Assembly (NCBI RefSeq): GCF_006345805.1
Contig: NW_021826506.1
Span: 1-12,757, forward strand
DNA: 12,757 nt
Direction of reading: 5' to 3'
From: Octopus sinensis
Taxonomy: Eukaryota
Positions 1-9,644 of the stretch are shown piece by piece. The position numbers were made by a program, and so were the translations under genes. The notes under the pieces were generated by a model. That model made no database searches. It saw only the letters and a list, made by a program, of their open reading frames with translations, and had not been told where the DNA came from. How positions within the stretch are numbered: the first letter of the stretch is position 1; each line of letters opens with the position of its first letter.

Positions 1-3000
1 GACCTTGAAAACTGCTCAAATGCAAGAAAGTATACTAGTCCTTATAATATATATATATAATATATATATATATATATTGAAACATTCCTGTCACACAACC
101 TGGGACATTGAAAACTGCTCAAATGCAAGAAAGTATACTAGTCCCTTAATAATATATATATATATATATTGAAACATTCCTGTCACAACCTGGGACCTTG
201 AAAACTGCTCAAATGCAAGAAAGTATACTAGTCCCTTAATATATATATATATATATTGAAACATTCCTGTCACAACCTGGGACCTTGAAAATGCTCAAAT
301 GCAAGAAAGTATACTAGTCCCTTAATATATATATATATATATATTGAAACATTCCTGTCACAAACCTGGGACCTTGAAAACTGCTTAAATGCAAGAAAGT
401 ATACTAGTCCCTTAATATATATATATATTATATATTGAAACATTCCTGTCACAACCTGGGACCTTGAAAACTGCTCAAATGCAAGAAAGTATACTAGTCC
501 TTAATATATATATATATATATATATTGAAACATTCCTGTCACACCTGGGACCTTGAAAACTGCTCAAATGCAAGAAAGTATACTAGTCCCTTATATATAT
601 ATATATATTGAAACATTCCTGTCACAACCTGGGACCTTGAAAACTGCTCAAATGCAAGAAGTATACTAGTCCCTTAATATATATATATATATAATTGAAA
701 CATTCCTGTCACAAACCTGGGACCTTGAAAACTGCTCAAATGCAAGAAAGTATACTAGTCCCTTAATATATATATATATATATATTGAAACATTCCTGTC
801 ACAACCTGGGACCTTGAAAACTGCTTAAATGCAAGAAAGTATACTAGTCCCTTAATATTTATATAATATAATTGAAACATTCCTGTCACAACATGGGACC
901 TTGAAAACTGCTCAAATGCAAGAAAGTATACTAGTCCCTTAATATATATATATATATATTGAAACTTCCTGTCACAACCTGGGACCTTGAAAACTGCTCA
1001 AATGCAAGAAAGTATACTAGTCCCTAATATATATATATATATATATTGAAACATTCCTGTCACAACTGGGACCTGAAAACTGCTCAAATGCAAGAAAGTA
1101 TACTAGTCCTTAATATATATATATATATATATTGAAACATTCCTGTCACAACCTGGGCCTTGAAAACTGCTCAAATGCAAGAAAGTATACTAGTCCCTTA
1201 TATATATATATATATATTGAAACATTCCTGTCACAACCTGGGACCTTGAAAACTGCTCAAATGCAAGAAAGTATACTAGTCCCTTAATATATATATATAT
1301 ATATTTGAAACATTCCTGTCACAACCTGGACCTTGAAAACTGCTCAAATGCAAGAAAGTATACTAGTCCCTTAATATATATATTATATATTGAAACATTC
1401 CTGTCACAACCTGGGACCTTGAAAACTGCTCAAATGCAAGAAAGTATACTAGTCCCTTAATATATATATATATATATTGAAACATTCCTGTCACAACCTG
1501 GGACCTTGAAAACTGCTTAAATGCAAGAAAGTATACTAGTCTCTTAATATATATATATATATATATTGAAACATTCCTGTCACAACCTGGGACCTTGAAA
1601 ACTGCTCAAATGCAAGAAAGTATACTAGTCCCTTAATATATATATATATCTATATTGAAACATTCCTGTCACAACCGGGACCTTGAAAACTGCTCAAATG
1701 CAAGAAAGAAAGATACTAGTCCTTAATATATATATATATATATATTGAAACATTCCTGTCACACCTGGGACCTTGAAAACTGCTCAAATGCAAGAAAGTA
1801 TACTAGTCCCTTAATATATATATATATATATATTGAAACATTCCTGTCACAACCTGGGACCTTGAAAACTGCTCAAATGCAAGAAAGTATACTAGTCCCT
1901 TATATATATTATATATATATTGAAACATTCCTGTCACAACCTGGGACCTTGAAAACTGCTCAAATGCAAGAAGTATACTAGTCCCTTAATATATATATAT
2001 ATATATATTGAAACATTCCTGTCACAACCTGGGACCTTGAAAACTGCTCAAATGCAAGAAAGTAAACTAGTCCCTTAATATATATATATATAATATTGAA
2101 ACATTCCTGTCACAACCTGGGACCTTGAAAACTGCTCAAATGCAAGAAAGTATACTAGTCCTTAATATATATATATATATATATTGAAACATTCCTGTCA
2201 CAACCTGGGACCTTGAAAACTGCTTAAAGCAAGAAAGTATACTAGTCCCTTAATATATATATATATATATTGAAACATTCCTGTCACAACCTGGGACCTT
2301 GAAAACTGCTCAAATGCAAGAAAGTATACTAGTCCCTTAATATATTATATATATAGTATTGAAACATTCCTGTCACAACCTGGGACCTTGAAAACTGCTT
2401 AAATGCAAGAAAGTATACTAGTCCCTTAATATAATATATATATATATTGAAACATTCCTGTCACAACCTGGGACCTTGAAAACTGCTCAAATGCAAGAAA
2501 GTATACTAGTCCCTTAATATTATATATATATATATTGGAAACATTCCTGTCACAACCTGGGACCTTGAAAACTGCTCAAATGCAAAAAGTATACTAGTCC
2601 TTAATATATATATATATAATATATATATTGAAACATTCCTGTCACAACCTGGGACCTTGAAAACTGCTCAAATGCCAAGAAAGTATACTAGTCCCTTAAT
2701 ATATATAATATATATATATATTGAAAATTCCTGTCACAACCTGGGACCTTGAAAACTGCTCAATGCAAGAAAGTATACTAGCCTTAATATATATATATAT
2801 ATATTGAAACATTCCTGTCACAACCTGGGACCTGAAAACTGCTTAAATGCAAGAAAGTATACTAGTCCCTTAATATATATATATATATATATATTGAAAC
2901 ATTCCTGTCACAACCTGGGGGACCTTGAAAACTGCTCAAATGCAAGAAAGTATACTAGTCCCTTAATATATATATATATATATTGAAACATTCCTGTCAC

Positions 3001-5966
3001 AACCTGGGACCTTGAAAACTGCTCAAATGCAAGAAATATACTAGTCCCTTAATATATATATATATATATATTGAAACATTCCTGTCACAACCTGGGACCT
3101 TGAAAACTGCTCAAATGCAAGAAAGTATATTAGTCCCTTAATATATATATATATATATATTGAAACATTCCTGTCACAACCTGGGACCTTGAAACTGCTC
3201 AATGCAAGAAGTATACTAGTCCCTTAATACTATATATATTATATATTGAAACATTCCTGTCACAACCTGGGACCTTGAAAACTGCTCAAATGCAAGAAGT
3301 ATACTAGTTCCTTTAATATATATATATCTATATATTGAAACATTCCTGTCACAACCTGGGACCTTGAAACTGCTCAAATGCAAGAAAGTAAACTAGTCCC
3401 TTAATATATATATATATATATATTATGAAACATTCCTGTCACAACCTGGGACCTTGAAAACTGCTCAAATGCAAGAAAGTATACTAGTCCCTTAATATAT
3501 ATATATATATATATTGAAACATTCCTGTCACAACCGGGACCTTGAAAACTGCTCAAATGCAAGAAAGTATACTAGTCCCTTAATATATATATATATATAT
3601 ATATTGAAACATTCCTGTCACAACCTGGGACTTGAAAACTGCTCAAATGCAAGAAAGTATACTAGTCCCTTATATATATATATATATAATTGAAACATTC
3701 CTGTCACAACCTGGGACCTTGAAAACTGCTTAAATGCAAGAAAGTATACTAGTCCCTTAATATATATATATATATATATTGAAACATTCCTGTCACAACC
3801 TGGGACCTTGAAAACTGCTCAATGCAAGAAAGTATACTAGTCCCTTAATATATATATATTATATATTGAAACATTTCCTTCACAAACCTGGGACCTTGAA
3901 AACTGCTCAATGCAAGAAAGTAAGTAACTAGTCCTTTAATATTATATATATATATATATTGAAACATTCCTGTCACAACCTGGGACCTTGAAACTGCTCA
4001 AATGCAAGAAAGTATACTAGTCCCTTAATATATATATATATATATATTGAAACATTCCTGTCACAACCTGGGACCTTGAAAATGCTCAAATGCAAGAAAG
4101 TATACTAGTCCCTTAATATTATATATATATATATTATATATGAAACATTCCTGTCACAACCTGGGACCTTGAAAACTGCTCAAATGCAAGAAAGTATACT
4201 AGTCCCTTAATATATATATATATATATATTGAAACATTCCTGTCACAACTGAGACCTTGAACAACTGCTCAAATGCAAGAAATAAACTAGTCCCTTAATA
4301 TATATATATATATATATATATTGAAACATTCCTGTCACAACCTGGGACCTTGAAAACTGCTCAAATGCAAGAAAGTATACTAGTCCCTTAATATATATAT
4401 ATATATATATTGAAACATTCCTGTCACAACCTGGGACCTTGAAAACTGCTTAAATGCAAGAAAGTATACTAGTCCCTTAATTATATATATATATATATTG
4501 AAACATTCCTGTCACAACCGGGACCTTGAAAACTGCTCAAATGCAAGAAAGTATACTGTCCCTTAATATATATATATATGTTATTGAAACATTCCTGTCA
4601 CAACCTGGGACCTTGAAAACTGCTTAATGCAAGAAAGTATACTAGTCCCTTAATATATATATATATATATATTGAAACATTCCTGTCACAACCTGGGACC
4701 TTGAAAACTGCTCAAATGCAAGAAAGTTACTAGTCCCTTAATATATATATATATATATATATATTGAAACATTCCTGTCACAACCTGGGACCTTGAAAAC
4801 TGCTCAAATGCAAGAAAGTATACTAGTCCCTTAATATATATATATATATATATTGAAACATTCCTGTCACAACCTGGGACCTTGAAAACTGCTTAATGCA
4901 AGAAAGTTACTAGTCCCTTATATATATATATATATTGAAACATTCCTCTCACAACCTGGGACCTTGAAAACTGCTCAAATGCAAGAAAGTATACTAGTCC
5001 CTTAATATATATATATATATATATTGAAACATTCCTGTCACAACCTGGACCTTGAAAACTGCTCAAATGCAAGAAAGTATACTAGTCCCTTAATATATAT
5101 ATATATATATATTGAAACATTCCTGTCACAACCTGGGACCTTGAAACTGCTTAAATGCAAGAAAGTATACTAGTCCTTAATATATATATATATATATATA
5201 TGAAACATTCCTGTCACAACCTGGGACCTTGAAAACTGCTTAAATGCAAGAAAGTATACTAGTCCCTTAATATATATATATATATATTGAAACATTCCTG
5301 TCACAACCTGGGACCTTGAAAACTGCTTAAATGCAAGAAAGTATACTAGTCCCTTAATATATATTATATATATATTGAAACATTCCTGTCACAACCTGGG
5401 ACCTTGAAAACTGCTTAAATGCAAGAAAGTATACTGTCCCTTAATATATATATATATATATATTGAAACATTCCTGTCACAACCGGGACCTTGAAAACTG
5501 CTTAAATGCAAGAAAGTATACTAGTCCCTTAATATAATATATATATATATTGAAACATTCCTGTCACAACCGGGACCTTGAAACTGCTTAAATGCAAGAA
5601 GTATACTAGTCCCTTAATATATATATATAATATATATTGAAACATTCCTGTCACACCTGGGACCTTGAAAACTGCTTAAATGCAAGAAAGTATACTAGTC
5701 CCTTAATATATATATATATATATTGAAACATTCCGTCACCACTGTGGACCTTGAAACTGCTTAAATGCAAGAAAGTATACTAGTCCTTATATATATATAT
5801 ATATTATTGAAACATTCCTGTCACAACCTGGGACCTTGAAAACTGCTTAAATGCAAGAAAGTATACTAGTCCCTTAATATATATATATATATATATTGAA
5901 ACATTCTGTCACACCTGGGACCTTGAAAACTGCTTAAATGCAAGAAAGTATACTAGTCCCTTAATA
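1..5966. repeat. Tandem satellite/minisatellite array, ~88-bp unit with embedded (TA)n; left end runs off the window
   Basis: Consensus GACCTTGAAAACTGCT(C/T)AAATGCAAGAAAGTATACTAGTCCCTTAA(TA)~8-11TTGAAACATTCCTGTCACAACCTGG. I counted 68 unit starts by hand (1, 104, 194, 281 ... 5832, 5919), mean period 5918/67 = 88.3 bp. The last unit stops at CCCTTAATAT and runs into unique sequence. Confidence 0.99.
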
Positions 5967-6111
5967 TTTGATATTCAATATTTCATCTATTCAATAAGGC
6001 AATCATACTTCATTTCATTTTACTATATATTCTATATCTCTCTACATTAATATTATAAAGAATATAAATAAAACATATAAAACAGACAGAGTTGGAATTC
6101 CTTTGAATGAC

Positions 6112-6140
6112 ATATATATATATAATATATTATAGATATA

Positions 6141-6197
<57 letters not shown>

Positions 6198-6200
6198 CTA
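6112..6200. repeat. Interrupted (TA)n microsatellite
   Basis: About 90 bp of TA dinucleotides with a few interruptions. Confidence 0.95.
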
Positions 6201-6582
6201 TCAGCAGTATCGCCGGCGTTGCTCGGGTTTGTAAGGGAAATACTATATAAGCATTTTTAGAGAGTTTATAGCAAAAAATGCATAAAATGGAAAAAAATGA
6301 TGGTAAAAAATTTTTTAAAAATCGTTCACTCATCATAGACATTTTAGAGAGTTACTTCCCTTATATAATAGCGAAAAAATGCATTAAAATGGAAAAAAAT
6401 TATGGTAAATTTTTTTAAAATTGTAGACTCATCGTAGATGCGCGCTAATACCCAGAAGGGCTCGATATGAATCACGACTATAAGATACCCGGTTTTGGTT
6501 AAACTGCACCGCAAAATGTGGGAGTAGTTAGGAATCTAAATCGTAGGAGACAGACACACAACTTCACTTTTATATATAAAGA
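6201..6582 (-). mobile_element. Non-autonomous Helitron-like element (~382 bp) with both termini
   Basis: On the minus strand it starts A|TC (TCTTTATATATAAAAGTGAAGTTGTGTGTCTGTCTCC) and ends with a GC-rich near-hairpin CCCGAGCAACGCCGG followed by ...ACTGCTGA|T (CTRR end, A|T target, no TSD). It has an internal diverged direct repeat (6253-6340 vs 6341-6439). The layout resembles short insect Helitron derivatives (Lep1-type). Confidence 0.75.
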
Positions 6583-6770
6583 TATGTATAAAAATATATA
6601 TAAAAATACAAAATGGGACAAGAATGCAAAACACTCAAATAGACGACACAAAAAACGGACGGGTCATTTGAAGCCTCTAATCTTCAGTCAAGAACTGGAT
6701 CATCCTTGCAATTTCGGCTGTTTGCGTTCTTGTCCCATTTTGTATTTTTATATATATTTTTTATACATAT
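6583..6770. mobile_element. Fold-back / MITE-like element with ~50-bp inverted arms
   Basis: Left arm TATGTATAAAAATATATATAAAAATACAAAATGGGACAAGAATGCAAAAC (6583-6632) is the near-perfect reverse complement of 6720-6770. The core is homologous to 9494-9606 in the opposite orientation. Confidence 0.8.
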
Positions 6771-6842
6771 ATTATTGCGACGTAACGTACATCTTGTTCT
6801 CTTCTATGTATATATATTTATATATATATATGTATATATGTA

Positions 6843-7018
6843 TCTGTGTGTATATGTTTGTGTGCCTGTGTTTGTCACCCCAACATCGCTTGACAACCGA
6901 TGCAGGTCTGTTTGCGTCCCCATAACTTAACAGTTCGGCAAAGAAACTGATAGAATAAGTACTGGGCTTACAAAGAATAAGTCCTGGGGTCAGTCAAATG
7001 ACTGAAACAAGTAAAAGA
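6843..7018 (+). mobile_element. 3' part of tRNA-type SINE family A (no head present)
   Basis: Aligns by eye with 9645-9823 and 10501-10652 (GGCAAAGAAACTGATAGAATAAGTAC...CAGTCAAATGACTGAAACAAGTAAAAGA) and is followed by an A/G-rich tail. Confidence 0.8.
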
Positions 7019-7106
7019 ATAAAAGAAAAAGAAAGAAAAAGGAAAGTAGAACTCTTGATTGGTGGGCTGGCCCTAAGCAACAATTTCCTGATACACAATA
7101 CTGTAG

Positions 7107-7470
7107 ATCATCATCATCATTATCATCATCATCATCATCATCATCATCGTTTTATGTCCTCTTTCCATGCTAGCATAGGTTGGACGGTTTGATTGAGGAC
7201 TGGCAAACCAGATGGCGGCACCAGGCTCCAATCTTGATTTGGCAGAGTTTCTACAGCTGGATGCCATCCTAACACCAACCACTCCGAGAGTGTACAGGGT
7301 GCTTTTACATGCCATCGGCACGGGGGCCAGTTAGGCGGTACTGGCAATGGCCATGCTCAAAAGGTGCTTTTTTACGTGCCACGTGCACACTGGCACAAGT
7401 GCCAGTAAGGCGACGCTGGTAACGGTCATGCTTGAATGGTGCGATCACGCTCGAATGACATTGATGCCAG
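7107..7470 (-). mobile_element. RTE-clade LINE 3' UTR fragment (or RTE-tailed SINE) with (ATG)n tail
   Basis: (CAT)n run 7107-7148, then CGTTTATGTCC...CTACAGCTGGATGCCATCCTAACACCAACCACTCC, homologous to 11471-11800. Contains internal ~65-bp repeats built on GTGCTTTTAC(A/G)TGCC. The RTE assignment rests on the recalled GGATGCCCTTCCTAA.GCCAACC 3'UTR motif and on the ORF remnant in the second copy. Confidence 0.7.
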
Positions 7471-7795
7471 TGCGTAACTGGTTTTTAATTTATCAACCCC
7501 AGAAGGATGAAAGGCAAAGTCGACCTCAGCAGAATTTGAACTCAGAATGTAACGACAGACGAAATACCTATTTCTTTACTACCCACAACGAGCTAAATGC
7601 AGAGAGGACAAACAAGGACAGACAAAGGGATTAAGTCGATTATATCAACACCAGTGCGTAACTGGTACTTATTTAATCTACCCTGAAAGGATGAAAGTCG
7701 ACCTCGGCGGAATTAGAACTCAGAAAGTAGCAGCAGTCGAAATACCGTTTAAGAATTTCGCCCAGCATGCTAACGTTTCTGCCAGCTCGCCACCT
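7467..7795 (-). mobile_element. tRNA-type SINE family B with a tandem partial second unit
   Basis: Minus-strand head AGGTGGCGAGCTGGCAGAAACGTTAGC with A-box-like TGGCAGAAACG (~7772-7783) and B-box-like GAGTTCTAATTCC (7709-7721). Segment 7651-7746 is repeated at 7467-7568, with a second B box GAGTTCAAATTCT at 7531-7543. Confidence 0.8.
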
Positions 7796-7811
7796 TCAGA
7801 CAAAAATCCGA

Positions 7812-7866
7812 AGATGAAATACTGCTCAGAATTTCGCTCAGTGTGCTAACCATTCTGCCAACTCAC
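7812..7866 (-). mobile_element. Second SINE family B head fragment
   Basis: Minus strand GTGAGTTGGCAGAATGGTTAGCACACTGAGCGAAATTCTGAGCAGTATTTC aligns with the head at 7740-7795. Confidence 0.7.
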
Positions 7867-7929
7867 GATGATAATTCAACATGCTTCTGGTCACTGAAAC
7901 GTTTTGTCAGAGAGTGGCCATTGCAAACA

Positions 7930-8068
7930 TATACAAGTTAATGTGTGGAAAAGAAAACAAGAATTTTGAAAGAAATATCTATAAAACTAGTTTTTTAAAC
8001 AACAAATGGCTATGGGGGTTCACCTGAATAAAACAGTAATCAATGGGGTCCACACAGGTAAAACAGTA
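7930..8068 (-). repeat. Fragment of the ~254-bp repeat family found at 10725-11330, inverted orientation
   Basis: Reverse complement TGTGTGGACCCCATTGATTACTGTTTTATTCAGGTGAACCCCCATAGCCATTTGTTGTTTAAAAAACT matches 11256-11320, and TTCTTTCAAAATTC...CACACATTAACTTGT matches 11085-11126. Confidence 0.8.
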
Positions 8069-8486
8069 GATAGACAGAGAGAGAGAGAGAAATTATAAGG
8101 CAATAAAGAGATACAGAACAAGAGAAAGATGTGCGTGTGTGTGTGTGTGCATCTATCTATCTATCTATCTATCTATCTCTTTCTTTACACATACACAGAA
8201 AAGCACACATGCACACACACGCATACACACACACACAAAAGCACACATACACACAGACGCACGCATGCACACACACACATACACAAAAGCACACATACAC
8301 ACACATGCACACACACACACATACACAAAAGTACACATACACACACACACGCATGCACGCACGCACGCACACACACACGCACACACACACAAGCACACAT
8401 ACACACAGACACACGCACACATGCACACACGCCACCACACATACAAACACACAAAAGTACACATACACACACACGCATGCACGCAT

Positions 8487-8525
<39 letters not shown>

Positions 8526-8555
8526 TACACATATCTAAAGAGAGAGAGAAAGAAA
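8068..8555. repeat. Compound microsatellite: (AG)n, (GT)n, (TCTA)n, then a long degenerate (CA)n with recurring CACAAAAGYACACATACAC
   Basis: Read directly from the sequence. It is the source of the His/Thr-rich and Cys/Val-rich ORFs at 8129-8596. Confidence 0.95.
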
Positions 8556-8560
8556 GACAA

Positions 8561-8620
8561 GGTTCAAAGTTGAAACAAAGAAAGTTCAAATGTTGACCTG
8601 TGACCTGTCATATGCGACCT
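8561..8620. promoter_or_regulatory. Candidate nuclear-receptor response element cluster (perfect DR1 plus other half-sites)
   Basis: GGTTCA-A-AGTTGA (8561-8573), AGTTCA (8583-8588), TGACCT-G-TGACCT (8594-8606, i.e. AGGTCA-C-AGGTCA on the minus strand) and CGACCT (8615-8620). Motif match only; no functional data. Confidence 0.35.
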
Positions 8621-8688
8621 CTGACATTTCGAACAAAATAGCTTAATGCAGAGCATAGAAATTTTCTGGGTGATGCAATAGGTACAAA

Positions 8689-8780
8689 GGGTTTGGGTGG
8701 CGGTGGTTGGAGGGGGTGGGGGTGAGTGATGGCAGTGATGATGATGATGATTGTGGTGGTGGTGTGGTCAGGATTGGTAA
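8689..8780. repeat. G-rich (GGT)/(GAT) low-complexity tract
   Basis: GGGTTTGGGTGGCGGTGGTTGGAGGGGGTGGGGG...GATGATGATGA...GTGGTGGTGG. Confidence 0.85.
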
Positions 8781-8861
8781 GTCAAAAGTGAATTCCAGAG
8801 AATGGAATCGGGCAATAGTTCTTTCATTATTTAACAAGTGATGTGATGAAAGAAGAGAAGT

Positions 8862-9002
8862 ACACACACACACACACACACATTGCGTATGTGTGTGTGT
8901 ATTTACATATGCATGTGTACGTGTACTCTATATATGTGTGTATGTATATATAGATGTGTGTGTCTGTGTGTGTGTGCCTGTGTGTGTGCGTGCACATGTG
9001 TG
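8862..9002. repeat. (CA)n followed by degenerate (GT)/(TA) microsatellite
   Basis: Read directly from the sequence. Confidence 0.9.
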
Positions 9003-9160
9003 TAGCTGTGTTGTTAGGAAATTTGCTTCCCAGCCACATGGTTTCAGGTTCAGTCCCACTGCGTGGCACCTTGGGCAAGTCTCTCCTACTGTAGCTTTGG
9101 GCTTAGTGAGTGGATTTGGAAGACGGAAACTGAAAGAAGCCTGTCGTATATATATATATA
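8992..9160 (+). mobile_element. 5' part (tRNA-like head) of SINE family A, ending in its internal (TA)n
   Basis: A-box-like TAGCTGTGTTGT (9003-9014) and B-box-like GGTTCAGTCCC (9047-9057), then GGCACCTTGGGCAAG...GACGGAAACTGAAAGAAGCC(TA)n, as I recall for the dominant Octopus SINE. Confidence 0.75.
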
Positions 9161-9625
9161 TACACATATGTGTATTTCTGTCACGTGACCACTGGTCAAA
9201 ATCAGCCTTTTGGCCTTCGACCACTGCTGTGAAAACATCTGTTGTCTTCGTCTGCCGATAAGGGCATTTTTTCAAAATACACCAGCTAAACTTGTACTGT
9301 TTATTAGTCGTAAGACACCTGCTGTTTTTGTCCTGTTTTAACCATAATTGTTTTTCGTATTTTATATTCATGTAACATCGTCCGTTTTTCTGTCCCTGTT
9401 TCGTACACATTCGATCCTTCTTCCAAGAAATCTAATGCTCGTAGCTTAGTTTTTCCTTGGGGCTGGCCGGATCGGAGCGATCTCAAGATTAATCAGCCGA
9501 AATTGCTACGATAATCCGGTTCTTGACTGAAGATTGAAGGCTTCGAATGTTTTTTGTATCGTCTTCTAAATGTTTTACGTTCTTGTCCCAGTTTGTATTT
9601 TTCTACATAAAATAATATATATATA
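9161..9625 (-). mobile_element. Unclassified interspersed element inserted into the SINE's (TA)n; longer, one-armed relative of 6583-6770
   Basis: 9494-9606 is the reverse complement of 6600-6720 (AAAAATACAAACTGGGACAAGAACG...TCTTCAGTCAAGAACCGGAT...GCAATTTCGGCTG). I found no matching arm at the left end. Both boundaries lie in TA-rich sequence and are approximate. Confidence 0.65.
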
Positions 9626-9644
9626 TATATATATATATACATAT

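Noticed and set aside
91-2986. ORFs 91-273, 270-452, 1745-1981 and 2804-2986
   Set aside because: They are translations of satellite units whose frames open and close with random indels; YIYI runs come from (TA)n.
1-5966. CRISPR-like repeat/spacer appearance
   Set aside because: The variable part is only (TA)n, not unique spacers. The constant part is ~70 bp, there are no cas genes, and the context is eukaryotic.
6518-7634. ORFs of 64-135 aa, including a poly-His/poly-Met one
   Set aside because: Each crosses boundaries between unrelated repeats or reads through (CAT)n.
8129-8596. His/Thr-rich and Cys/Val-rich ORFs (up to 155 aa)
   Set aside because: All six frames are open because (CA)n/(TG)n lacks stop codons; no domain signal.
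8689-8722. Possible G-quadruplex (four G runs)
   Set aside because: It has one 14-nt loop and lies within a low-complexity GGT tract; there is no contextual support.
9003-9057. tRNA gene (also considered at 7709-7795)
   Set aside because: A- and B-box-like motifs are present, but there is no complete cloverleaf and the sequence continues into SINE bodies.
9494-9550. Hammerhead-like words (CGAAA, CTGAAGA...CGAAT) here, at 6665-6720 on the minus strand, and CGAAACGT...CTGATGA at 12425-12460 on the minus strand
   Set aside because: I could not build stems I, II and III around the core in any permutation, and the GAAA after stem II is missing or altered. An Infernal search with hammerhead models on family consensuses would be decisive.
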